From Candidatus Aenigmatarchaeota archaeon (lineage in GTDB: Archaea > Aenigmatarchaeota > Aenigmatarchaeia > GW2011-AR5), in contig JACPJW010000001.1 of the NCBI GenBank assembly GCA_016187335.1, positions 224,001 to 288,000 on the forward strand: a stretch of DNA of 64,000 nt, read 5' to 3'. Below the pieces are notes generated by a model that had not been told where the DNA came from, searched no databases, and worked only from the letters and a program-made list of their open reading frames with translations. The position numbers were made by a program, and so were the translations under genes. How positions within the stretch are numbered: position 1 is the first letter of the stretch; the number at the start of each line of letters is the position of its first letter. This document shows, piece after piece, positions 10,894 to 19,557 of this stretch.

Positions 10894-10984
10894 TGGACTG
10901 GTCGGGACTTTCACCAACTTTGCTTCCTCTTTTGATCAAACTTTGGAGCAGCAAAGTTTGCTTTGAACCCGAAGCCTCCTGGCT
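10894..10984 (-). pseudogene. Orphan 3' half of an Ala-type tRNA with an intron at 59/60
   Basis: AGCCAGG-AGGCT-TCGGG-TTCAAA[intron]T-CCCGA-CCAGTCC-A; acceptor strand identical to tRNA-Ala; no 5' half adjacent. Confidence 0.75.
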
Positions 10985-10996
10985 ATAATGTCGCAT

Positions 10997-12379
10997 CTAT
11001 TTCACAAAGCCCTGCTTGATATCGCCGATGTCAAAAAGCAGTACATTGTTTTCCCTGATTCTTTTGCTGAAACTCCTGGCAAAGACGGCATAGTAGTCTT
11101 TTCTGTCTTTTTTGAAAAGCTCAACCTGCTCTGATTTTTTCTTTAAGCCGCTTATTACAGCGTTAGGATCAGCATTGTCTTTCCATTTGCATTCGCAGAA
11201 CAGCATTTCTTTTGTTTTTTTGTTGAAGGCTACCATGTCCATTTCTTCCTGCCTGCTCCACCATCTGCCTATATTTGTGGCGCTGAAAGGGAGCCTGCCC
11301 TTTGCATTGGCTTCTATCAGAAACTCCCTGCATACGCCTTCGAATGCCTTTCCCACAAATGCCGTGAAATTACTCCTTACGCTTTCCGTTACAGGCCCGG
11401 AATTCTCTATTTCCAGATAAGACATGTTAGGGTACACAAAACGGAACCAGAAATTGAAGAAATTGTCATTTATGAAATAAAGGGTCTTCTTGCTTTTCGG
11501 CTTCATCTCTGTGACAGGATTTTCCTTCTTTATGAGCCCCATGCCTTTTTCAAGCACGTTCAGGAAGTAACTGAGCGAGGTCTGCTTTATGCTTATCATG
11601 TCGGCTATCTCATTTGTCTTTGTCCTTCCTTGTGCTATTAGCTTCATTATATTGAAGTATGTCGCAGGATTCGGAAGCTCTGTTCTTATGAGCATATCAG
11701 GCTCGTTGTAAAGCGCGCCTCTTTTTGAAAGTATGCTCGCCTCTATGCTTTTTATCACATCCACCTTCGCATCCGCTTCCAGGAGATATTTTGGCGTCCC
11801 TCCGAATACTGCATAGATTTCCACTAATTTTTCTGCCGGAACAGAAGGGAACCATTCGAACAAATGCCTGAATTTGAGCGGCTCCAGGTCTATCTGGCCT
11901 GTGCGCCTGCCGTAGAGCGGTGCCGAATACTCGAAAAGCTTGTGCATCATTCCTATCGAAGAGCCCATGACAGCAAGGAAAACTCCTGATTTCTTGTGGT
12001 GGCTGTCTATCTGCTTCTGAAGAATCGAGGGTACAGATTTGTTTATAGTCAGGAATCGCTGGAACTCATCAATCACGATAACAGTCCTTTCCTGCATTCC
12101 AAGCATGCGGTCGAAAATCTCGTCCCATGCCGGCTCTCCAATAAAACTCAGTCCGAATTTTTCGTTAAGGTTTCTTGCAAAAATCAGCCTGAGCTCCTTG
12201 TCATCTATGTCAGGCACAAAGAAGTAGAGCGCTTTCTTTCCTGATATGAACTTTTCGATAAGGGCTGTCTTGCCGACACGCCTCCTGCCTATTACTGATA
12301 TGAACCTGAAGCCATCGTTCTTGTGCTCTTTGGCAAGAAACCCCAGCTCGTCCGCCCTGTTTATAAACTTTATTGTCAT
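10997..12379 (-). CDS. Archaeal AAA ATPase with HTH and DUF234/PD-(D/E)XK C-terminus
   Basis: FINRADEL, GRRRVGKT, IDEFQ, GGTP.Y, EMD...ECKW; start moved to MTIKF. Confidence 0.88.
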   Translation of the reverse strand: MTIKFINRADELGFLAKEHKNDGFRFISVIGRRRVGKTALIEKFISGKKALYFFVPDIDDKELRLIFARNLNEKFGLSFIGEPAWDEIFDRMLGMQERTVIVIDEFQRFLTINKSVPSILQKQIDSHHKKSGVFLAVMGSSIGMMHKLFEYSAPLYGRRTGQIDLEPLKFRHLFEWFPSVPAEKLVEIYAVFGGTPKYLLEADAKVDVIKSIEASILSKRGALYNEPDMLIRTELPNPATYFNIMKLIAQGRTKTNEIADMISIKQTSLSYFLNVLEKGMGLIKKENPVTEMKPKSKKTLYFINDNFFNFWFRFVYPNMSYLEIENSGPVTESVRSNFTAFVGKAFEGVCREFLIEANAKGRLPFSATNIGRWWSRQEEMDMVAFNKKTKEMLFCECKWKDNADPNAVISGLKKKSEQVELFKKDRKDYYAVFARSFSKRIRENNVLLFDIGDIKQGFVK

Positions 12380-12431
12380 GACAATTATTGTGATGACAAT
12401 AATATTTAAAGCTATCGTACTCCCGGCGAGC

Positions 12432-12547
12432 ATGTGAAAAGAACTTTGTCTCCACCACATAAATGTGGTGGCTTCATTATTACCAAAGTTCTTTTACACG
12501 CCACATTCCACCTGTATTACCACCGTTTAAAAACGGTGGAATGTGAG
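12432..12547. repeat. Two nested long hairpins, with a core resembling IS200/IS605 subterminal palindromes
   Basis: Minus strand GAAGCCACCACATTTATGTGGTGGAG inside AAAAGAACTTTG...CAAAGTTCTTTT; CCACCGTTTTTAAACGGTGG inside CACATTCCACC...GGTGGAATGTG. Confidence 0.5.
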
Positions 12548-12555
12548 TGTTTCAA

Positions 12556-12856
12556 TGGACTGGCTGGGATTTTCAGAACTTTTCACCGTTTTCCTCGAAG
12601 AACATCAGTTCTTCGGGATCTCGGAGAACTATCGTTCTCCACAGATGATCAAACTTTTGTGAAAAGTTCGTTTGAACCCAGAGCCTCCTGCTATCTTGTT
12701 TGCCTCTTTTGATCGAACTTTGGAGTAGCAAAGTTCGTTGCAAAGCAGGCGATCTTCCTTCTCCGAACCCTTTTTGCTTCGCAAAAATCGTTCACGGAAA
12801 AACTTCTTTCCGTAGACGCTTTCTTTTTAAGAAAGGGTCTGTTGATCTACCAGCCC
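12556..12856 (-). tRNA. tRNA-Ala(UGC) with three introns (D-loop, 37/38, 59/60)
   Basis: Exons GGGCTGGTAGATCAAC / GGAAGATCGCCTGCTTTGCA / AGCAGGAGGCTCTGGGTTCAAA / TCCCAGCCAGTCCA; G3-U70; BHB TTCA/TGAA at the T-loop intron. Confidence 0.92.
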
Positions 12857-13019
12857 GTGGCTAAAGCATAATATCCTAGGGCTTAAATAAATTGGTTTAA
12901 AATTGCCTGAAACAGCATCATATCCTTTAAATATTCACCCAATACATAGGACATCCTATAAACTTTCTTAAAAGAGAATTAGAGAATTTAACCAAAGAAT
13001 CTGTATTCAAAGTGATACC

Positions 13020-14300
13020 ATGGTAAAACGCCTCATTGTTCATTTCAAGGACGTGTTTTCCCCGCTGCGGCTGCGCGACCTGCGGCTTTACTGGCTGGGG
13101 CAGGTCATATCGCTCATCGGGATATGGATGCAGGCGACCGCGCAGTCGTGGGTCGTCTGGACGCTCACTGGAAGCACCGTGGACCTGGGCGCGGTCGCGA
13201 TGCTGGGCCTGCTGCCTTTCTTGCTCCTCGCGCCCTTCACTGGTTCCATCGCCGACAGGGTCGACAGGAGGAAGCTGCTGATACTGACGCAACTGGTGGC
13301 GATGACGCTCGCCTTCGTCCTTGCCTGGCTTGTCCATACCGATGCCGCCCAGCTCTGGCACATATACGTCCTCGCGCTGCTGCTTGGTATTGTGAACTCC
13401 TTTGACAGCATCGCCAACCAGGCTTTTGTCAGTGACCTGGCCGGCAGCGAGGTCAGGAAGGCCGTTATCATAAACAACATGCTGTTCCAGCTGAGCAGGA
13501 TGCTGGGCCCTGCGCTGGCCGGCATTGTCATCGCGGCGGCCGGAGCGGCTGCGGCTTTCTGGTTCAACGGCGTGACGTTCCTGGCGGTCATAGCAAGCCT
13601 GCTCGCGATAAAGGCCCACCAGCAGGTGCGCGTCGAAAGCAAGGGAAAGGCATTGGACGATTTCAAGGAAGGGCTGCGCTTCCTGCGAAGCAGCCCGGTG
13701 CTGACGGGCCTTGTATGGATAGTGACCATAACGACTTTCTTCGTCTTCCCGACAATGTTCATCCTGCCCGCTGTAGCGACTAATGTGCTCGGGGGCGACG
13801 CTTCCACTTTGGGCCTTTTAATGGCTTCTTCCGGCGCGGGAGCGCTCGTCGGATCGTTGTTCATAGCGCCGCTCGCGCAGAAGATAAGAAGAACCGGCCT
13901 GATGCTGGCCGCGGCTTCTGTATGGGCCGGGCTGTGGCTGACCGTGTTCTCTTTCAGCAATATTCTCCAGGTATCCATGATAGCATTGTTCTTTAGCAGC
14001 CTGCTGATACCTGTAATATTCACGACAGCCAACGCGCTGCTGCAGCTCATGGCGCCGCCTCATATGAAGGCGAGGATGATAAGCATCCTCATGCTGATAG
14101 GCCTCGGCATGCAGCCTGTGGCTTCGTACCTGCTGGGATATTCCGCAGCCATTCTGGGCATCCAGGCAGCGCTGCGGCTCAACGGATTATTGATGATAAC
14201 AGCTATTGCCGCCCTTCTTTTCTTTGATTCTGAACTGCGGAAATGGGAAACTGAAATCACGGTCGAGGGAAAAGGACATCCTGCCGCGGCAGGGCATTAA
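13020..14300 (+). CDS. MFS transporter (12 TMS)
   Basis: GSIADRVDRRKL motif A; many hydrophobic helices. Confidence 0.93.
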   Translation: MVKRLIVHFKDVFSPLRLRDLRLYWLGQVISLIGIWMQATAQSWVVWTLTGSTVDLGAVAMLGLLPFLLLAPFTGSIADRVDRRKLLILTQLVAMTLAFVLAWLVHTDAAQLWHIYVLALLLGIVNSFDSIANQAFVSDLAGSEVRKAVIINNMLFQLSRMLGPALAGIVIAAAGAAAAFWFNGVTFLAVIASLLAIKAHQQVRVESKGKALDDFKEGLRFLRSSPVLTGLVWIVTITTFFVFPTMFILPAVATNVLGGDASTLGLLMASSGAGALVGSLFIAPLAQKIRRTGLMLAAASVWAGLWLTVFSFSNILQVSMIALFFSSLLIPVIFTTANALLQLMAPPHMKARMISILMLIGLGMQPVASYLLGYSAAILGIQAALRLNGLLMITAIAALLFFDSELRKWETEITVEGKGHPAAAGH

Positions 14301-14376
14301 GTTTTGAAAATTCTATATTTGTATTTTTGCTTCCATAATTTTTACGTGATTGCATGGCAAAATTCCGCGGCGGTGA

Positions 14377-15189
14377 TTGAAAATGAACATTCCTTCTGTT
14401 GTTCTGAACAGCGGCGCAAAGATGCCGCAGCTCGGCTTGGGAACATGGGACCTCCGCGGCTCTGAATGCGTTCGTGCCGTGAGGGATGCGCTGGACGCGG
14501 GTTACCGCCACGTAGACACCGCCTCGCTCTACGGCAATGAAAAGGAAGTGGGTTTAGCAGTGAAAAAAAGCGGCGTGCCGAGAAAGGATTTGTTCATTAC
14601 CAGCAAGATATGGAACGATGAGCATGACGACCCCGAAGCGGCCCTGGAGGCGTCGCTGAAGCGGCTTGGAACGGATTACGTTGATTTGTACCTGATACAC
14701 TGGCCTGTTCCAGAAAGGAACGAAACGTGGCGCGCGTTTGAGGGCTTTCTTAAAGACAAACGCTGCAGGTCCGTAGGCGTGAGCAATTTCACGGTGCGGC
14801 ATCTTAAGGAATTATTGAATAAAAGAAACGTTGTCCCCGCCGTAAACCAGATAGAATTTTCCCCGTTCCTTTACCAGAAAGACATCCTGCAGTTCTGCAA
14901 CGAAAGTAAAATACGGCTCGTGGCGTCAAGCCCGCTCACGCATGGCAGGAAGCTGAAGCATGCCGTGATTGCTGCTCTGGCGAAGAAATACAGCAAGACG
15001 CCTGCTCAGATAGTGCTGCGCTGGCACATCCAGCACGGCATCGTGCCGATACCGAAATCAAAAAGCAGGGAACGGATAGAAGAGAACGCAGCGATTTTTG
15101 ACTTTTCAATCAGCAGGGAGGACATGGCTTTGCTGGACGGCTTGGACGAGGGCTACCACTATTATGCCGACCCGGGCGACGAGCCTTGA
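14377..15189 (+). CDS. Aldo/keto reductase
   Basis: GLGTW, GYRHVDTA..YGNE, FITSK, DLYLIHWP, GVSNF, IPKS. Confidence 0.95.
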   Translation: MKMNIPSVVLNSGAKMPQLGLGTWDLRGSECVRAVRDALDAGYRHVDTASLYGNEKEVGLAVKKSGVPRKDLFITSKIWNDEHDDPEAALEASLKRLGTDYVDLYLIHWPVPERNETWRAFEGFLKDKRCRSVGVSNFTVRHLKELLNKRNVVPAVNQIEFSPFLYQKDILQFCNESKIRLVASSPLTHGRKLKHAVIAALAKKYSKTPAQIVLRWHIQHGIVPIPKSKSRERIEENAAIFDFSISREDMALLDGLDEGYHYYADPGDEP

Positions 15190-15794
15190 GGGCTGCATCT
15201 TGTATATCCTCCGCTACCGAAAAGGGTTTTAATCCTGTTTTTCAAGAAAGTTGCATGAAAAAGCAGGTTCTGAAGCGCATGCCTGAAGAAACGCAGAAAG
15301 TGCATGCCGCTGATTTTGAAAAGGAAAAGAAGAAACTGGAACAGAGCTTCAAAAAGAAAGAAATGCCCTTCCGCCTGTTCTGGGTGAAGTGAAAATATCT
15401 ACTATTTCTGTTAAAACCTGTAGATAGCTTCGGCTAAATCGTATCGATAAAAAAATCCAGCTTTCTTTGCGTTTTGGAAAAAATAGCGCGCAAAGGTACA
15501 GGTAGTTCCGGGTTACGTCCCGGAACTCACGGAGCCGCAGCTCCGATGAATTGGCATTCTATCTCATGGCCCTCTTTTGATGAAACTTTTTTGAAAAGTT
15601 TCAGAGGAAAGCACACTGACTGTCGCAGAACCCTTTCGGATTCTTTTGATAAAACTTTTCTTGAAAGAAAAGTTTTTAGGAGGTGATCCAGCCGCACGTT
15701 CCCGTACGGCTACCTTGTTACGACTTAGCCCTCCTTGCAGACAATTGATTCGACTTATTCAGCATAAGCCTCACCAAAAGTCCACTCGGATGGC

Positions 15795-15826
<32 letters not shown>

Positions 15827-15840
15827 CATTCAGCGAAAGA

Positions 15841-16030
15841 TTCCACGATTATGAGATCATCATAGTGCTGCTTCTACTCGACCAAAGACATCCGCCCATA
15901 CTTTTAATCACCAGACCGCTACGGATTTCTTTCCGTAGACGCTTTCTTTTTAAGAAAGGGTCTTCATAGTCAAGCACTTCTTCTGTCTTTGATTTTGTAG
16001 CGCCAAAAAATCATTTGGATCTCACATCCA
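15841..16030 (-). other. 16S intron, 190 nt, near E. coli position 1363
   Basis: BHB with central helix TCAT/GTGG; splicing restores GCGAAGGTCATCATCTTTCGC. Confidence 0.8.
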
Positions 16031-16389
16031 TGATGACCTTCGCTTACTAGGGATTCCGGCTTCACGTGGGCGAATTGCAGCCCACGATCTGAACTAGGCG
16101 CCGGTTTGAGAGATTGGCTTCACCTCACGGTGTTGCATCCCATTGTCCGACGCATTGTAGGCCGCGTGTAGCCCCGGAAATTTAGGCCATACTGACCTGC
16201 CGTAGACCGCTCCTTCCTCTGGCTTAGCGCCAGCGGTCCCGCTAAAGTGCATGCCCTGCGTACAGGACATTCGCAACTAGCGGCACGGGTCTCACTCGTT
16301 TCGTGACTTAACACGACACTTCACAGCACGAGCTGACGACGGCCATGCAGCACTTCTCAGTTTGTTAGGTAACCCCTTTAGAGTGACCC

Positions 16390-16962
16390 TCATTCTACTG
16401 TCTTCCCGGGTGAGGTCTCCAGAGAGGAATCCTCATATTTCCAAAGAATGCGTTTGCCTTCATTCTTTCTTGCCACACTACGCGCGGATTCAAGGTCGCG
16501 CAATGTTTCCCTTATTGTGCTTGGCATCAATCTTAATCCAAGGCACAATTCTCCTATGCTCCACCACTTATCATTTTTTCTGATCAACGCAACTATCTTC
16601 TCTTTCGTTGAAGCTTTGTTGCGCATGAAGCCGCCTTTCATCCCTTCTCTTTCCAAGAGAAGCTTCGCCCATTGATTCTTAATCGGTTCCGCAAATTCCC
16701 CTGCAATGGAATAAATCTCCCTGAAAGCATTCCTATGCAGCTTGAAGCCGATGTTTTCTCTTTTGACGAACTTTTTGCTTGCCCAGCCATGCGCTTTGCA
16801 GACCTCAAAAATAGTGTTAAGCTGATTTCTGTTTCTGCTTGACTGAACAAGCACAGGCGACTCTTCAGCTATAAAGCTGAATTCAAACTCGATTAGTGGA
16901 AGGAGTATAGAAGCTGTAAGTTTTTGCCTTTCTTTGCTCGCTCGTAAACACTTATCATCCAT
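16390..16962 (-). CDS. Intron-encoded divergent LAGLIDADG-like protein with C-terminal wHTH; no stop codon inside the intron
   Basis: ASILLPLIEFEFSF resembles the LAGLIDADG helix; WSIGELCLGLRLMPSTIRETLRDLE HTH; reading frame runs into the exon. Confidence 0.6.
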   Translation of the reverse strand: MDDKCLRASKERQKLTASILLPLIEFEFSFIAEESPVLVQSSRNRNQLNTIFEVCKAHGWASKKFVKRENIGFKLHRNAFREIYSIAGEFAEPIKNQWAKLLLEREGMKGGFMRNKASTKEKIVALIRKNDKWWSIGELCLGLRLMPSTIRETLRDLESARSVARKNEGKRILWKYEDSSLETSPGKTVE

Positions 16963-17015
16963 AGTACTGTATACTTTGGATGATTTATTGGTTTCCGTAC
17001 TCGAGTATTCCTCTT
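16417..17015 (-). mobile_element. 16S intron, 599 nt, at E. coli 977/978, ORF-containing
   Basis: BHB CCAG/CTGG, outer helix AGAGGAAT/ATTCCTCT; splicing restores CAACGCCAGGAACCTCACC. Confidence 0.9.
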
Positions 17016-17035
17016 TCCTGGCGTTGAATCCAATT

Positions 17036-17075
17036 TTCGGCCCAAGCCAATGATATACGTTTCACTGAACTCGGT
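17036..17075 (-). other. 16S intron, 40 nt, at 957/958
   Basis: BHB CGGT/GCCG; splicing restores GCGGTTTAATTGG. Confidence 0.85.
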
Positions 17076-17114
17076 AAACCGCAGCCTCCACCCCTGGTAG
17101 TGCTCCCCCGCCAA

Positions 17115-17726
17115 TTAGGGGAAAGTAATCCCATCATTTAGCAGCTTCAATCTGAGCTGCTTATCCTTGTGCCAACTTCCGATGTTTTTGCAGAAGTATA
17201 GAAGATTGTTCTTCCTTGTCAGCCTGAATTCCCAGACATTACCGCAAAAGGTAATGTTTGTTGGCTGGCAACTTTGATCAATCAAAACCTGTCTAATGAA
17301 TTCCAAAGATTCCCTGTTTTTCTGGCTGAACGAGATGTATTTCTGTTTCGCTGTATCTGGTTTCTTTGGAAGTCCTCCTTCTGCATCAAAGAATCCTTTC
17401 AAATAGTGAATTTGAATTTTCACTTTCTGTTCCTTTATGCATTTTGGAGTATCCCAGAATTCCTGCGGTGTTTCGAAATCGGATATATCGAGAATTTTTT
17501 CAACATAGCTTCTTCCGTTAATCCTCAGTATTTCCGTTCCGTTTGCATGTTTTGTTATGGTGCCGCGAGCTTCAAACTCTTTATGGAAAAGAGTTTGCAA
17601 AAGGCGTAACCATGATGTCTCTCTTTGTGCTATTTTAATTTCGTAGTTTTTTCCTTTCCTGACATCTATGGATGCGTCTCTCATAGCACCTAACAGATAC
17701 GCAAGTTCTGGGCTGACAGGCTTCAC
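17115..17726 (-). CDS. Double-motif LAGLIDADG homing endonuclease
   Basis: LAYLLGAMRDAS and YLKGFFDAEGG motifs; SQKNRESLEFI. Confidence 0.88.
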   Translation of the reverse strand: MKPVSPELAYLLGAMRDASIDVRKGKNYEIKIAQRETSWLRLLQTLFHKEFEARGTITKHANGTEILRINGRSYVEKILDISDFETPQEFWDTPKCIKEQKVKIQIHYLKGFFDAEGGLPKKPDTAKQKYISFSQKNRESLEFIRQVLIDQSCQPTNITFCGNVWEFRLTRKNNLLYFCKNIGSWHKDKQLRLKLLNDGITFP

Positions 17727-17778
17727 TCTATAACTTTGGCAGCAGGGATATTTAAGTGTGGTATCGGGGTTACTTTCT
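17115..17778 (-). mobile_element. 16S intron, 664 nt, at 919, with homing endonuclease gene
   Basis: BHB AGGG/CCCT, outer helix GAAAGTAA/TTACTTTC. Confidence 0.9.
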
Positions 17779-17908
17779 TTCCCTTAAGTTTCAGCCTTGC
17801 GGCCGTAATCCCCAGGCGGCCCGTTTAACGCCTTCGCTTCGGCACCACGGATCCACGAAGGATTCGTGACACCAAACGGGCAACGTTTACAGCTAGGACT
17901 ACCGGGGT

Positions 17909-17990
17909 CTTTAGGACCCTTTTGCGATTTTATTCGCGGTAGCGTGATTTCCGTAGACGCTTTTACGCGCTTGCATGCGTAAAAGGGTCT
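17909..17990 (-). other. 16S intron, 82 nt, at 793/794 (repeat motif A)
   Basis: BHB TTAG/CTAA; splicing restores GGATTAGATACCCC. Confidence 0.88.
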
Positions 17991-18002
17991 ATCTAATCCC
18001 GA

Positions 18003-18036
18003 ATGAACTCGACTAAGATTTTCGTCTTAGTTCGAT
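18003..18036 (-). other. 16S intron, 34 nt, at 781
   Basis: BHB GAGC/GTTC; leaves a 12-nt exon (17991-18002) before the next intron. Confidence 0.75.
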
Positions 18037-18090
18037 TCGCTCCCCTAGCTTTCGTCCCTCACCGTCGGACCCGTTCCAGCCAAGCGCCTT

Positions 18091-18134
18091 ACGTGGAAAC
18101 TTTTCCGTTTTGATTGAATTTTTTGAAAAGTTCA
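18091..18134 (-). other. 16S intron, 44 nt, at 727/728 (repeat motif B)
   Basis: BHB GTGG/CCAC; splicing restores GTGGCGAAGGCG. Confidence 0.88.
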
Positions 18135-18338
18135 CGCCACAGGTGGTCCCCTACGGATTAAAAGATTTTACCCTTACCCGTAGAGTACCCTTGGCCTCTC
18201 CCGGTCCCAAGCCCGATAGTATCTCCAGCAAGCCTTACAGTTTGCTGCAAGATTTCACCAAAGACACATCGAGCCGGCTACGGACGCTTCAGGCCCAATA
18301 AACGTGACTACCCCTCGTGGCGCGGTTATTACCGCGGC

Positions 18339-18389
18339 ATCCAGATCCTTTTCCGTCAACGCTTTTGCGTCTTCAGACGTAAAAGGGTT
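18339..18389 (-). other. 16S intron, 51 nt, at 523/524 (repeat motif A)
   Basis: BHB CCAG/CTGG; splicing restores GCCAGCCGCCGCGG. Confidence 0.88.
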
Positions 18390-18428
18390 GGCTGGCAACC
18401 GTCTTGCCCACCACTTATTCCTCCACCT

Positions 18429-18483
18429 ATGTAATCCTTTCTTCCGTTTCTTTCGCAAGCGTTTTCTTTTCGAAAGAAAAGGC
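18429..18483 (-). other. 16S intron, 55 nt, in the helix 17 loop
   Basis: Relaxed BHB GTAA/TTAC; splicing restores CCACTGTAAAAAGGTGG. Confidence 0.75.
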
Positions 18484-18550
18484 TTTTACAGTGGAGAAAA
18501 GACAGCGCTAAGCGCTGCCACTCAGGGTTCCCTTGTCAGGCTTTCACCCA

Positions 18551-18600
18551 GTTTGCGAACTTTTCAGTTCCGTTTTGATGGAACTTTTCTGAAAAGTTCC
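18551..18600 (-). other. 16S intron, 50 nt, at 374 (repeat motif B)
   Basis: BHB TTGC/GCAA; splicing restores TTTGCAATGGG. Confidence 0.88.
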
Positions 18601-18606
18601 TTGCAA

Positions 18607-18639
<33 letters not shown>

Positions 18640-19339
18640 CGTTCATGTCTCAGAACGCATCTCCGGGCTATCGCTCTCACGACCCGTACGGATTACAGCC
18701 TTGTTGAGCAATTATCTCAACAACAAGCTAATCCGCCGCAGTCCCATCGTTCAGTGCATTGCTGCTTTCAGCGAAGATGCCTTCCAGCAATTATCGCCTA
18801 TCGGGTATTATTCCCACTTTCGCAGGATTATCCCCGTCTGAACGGCAGGTTAACTACGTGTTACTGAGCAGTGCGACGAGGTCTTGCACCTCACGTCTCG
18901 CATGGCTTAGCCGAACCCTGATAAAGGTAGTCTCCGGCGGGATCAACCGGAATTGTGCGGGAAAACACAAACCCTTGTGGTTATGTGTCCCTACCATTTG
19001 ATAGAGTCTTGCCTACCCATACCTTTGTTCACTTGTAAGCATGCTTACCAGCTCATATTTATCATGCAGCGGAAGTGTTTCTTCACGAAAAAGGCTGTTG
19101 CCTTAAAATCCGAAACGACGCCTTGCTGTCATGAATAATCATTTCAGTTTTGACTCATCCGCTTTTTACAGCAGAATGTGCCGCGTAATTATTATCCAGT
19201 CAAAAGCGTTCGTAAGAACTGCTTCGCTTTAACGAGCAAGCCAGCTAGCTAGAAGTATAGTTGCCAAACTATGCCCGTCTCAATACTTTCAAGGCACGAT
19301 TCTTAGAACCGCACCACACCATCAATAAATAAAGAAGGG

Positions 19340-19358
19340 AACTATTAAAAGGTTTTTG
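19340..19358 (-). promoter_or_regulatory. Putative BRE/TATA promoter of the 16S transcript
   Basis: Minus strand AAAAACCTTTTAATAG about 390 nt upstream of the 16S 5' end. Confidence 0.45.
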
Positions 19359-19514
19359 GTTGCCCGAGCCAGAACAAGTTTTGCAGCGGCATTATCCCGC
19401 GGATTTTTCTCAATAAATTGGGGACAAAACCTCTTATACTTAACTTTTTCAGCGGAAGCATTTGGTATAGTTAGGTTTTTATTCTTGCGTTAAGGAATTT
19501 TTTTGTAAGCACAA

Positions 19515-19557
19515 ACCTGGTGATGAAACCGGAGAAACAAATCGGGTTCTGAAACAG
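19515..19557 (+). ncRNA. C/D-type kink-turn hairpin
   Basis: GTGATGA (19520-26), internal stem AACC..GGTT, CTGA (19549-52), CTG/CAG closing pairs. Confidence 0.35.

Noticed and set aside
13088-14050. Long antisense ORFs (also 31312-31929, 45467-46198, 53229-53858, 56366-57016)
   Set aside because: Shadow frames of well-supported genes on the opposite strand.
15190-15677. 23S or 5S rRNA, or a tRNA, directly after the 16S
   Set aside because: No 23S, 5S or tRNA signatures; only hairpins and repeat copies.
15841-16030. C/D guide or decayed endonuclease gene inside the 190-nt intron
   Set aside because: ATGATGA is present but there is no properly placed CTGA; the coding-like stretch is too short to support.
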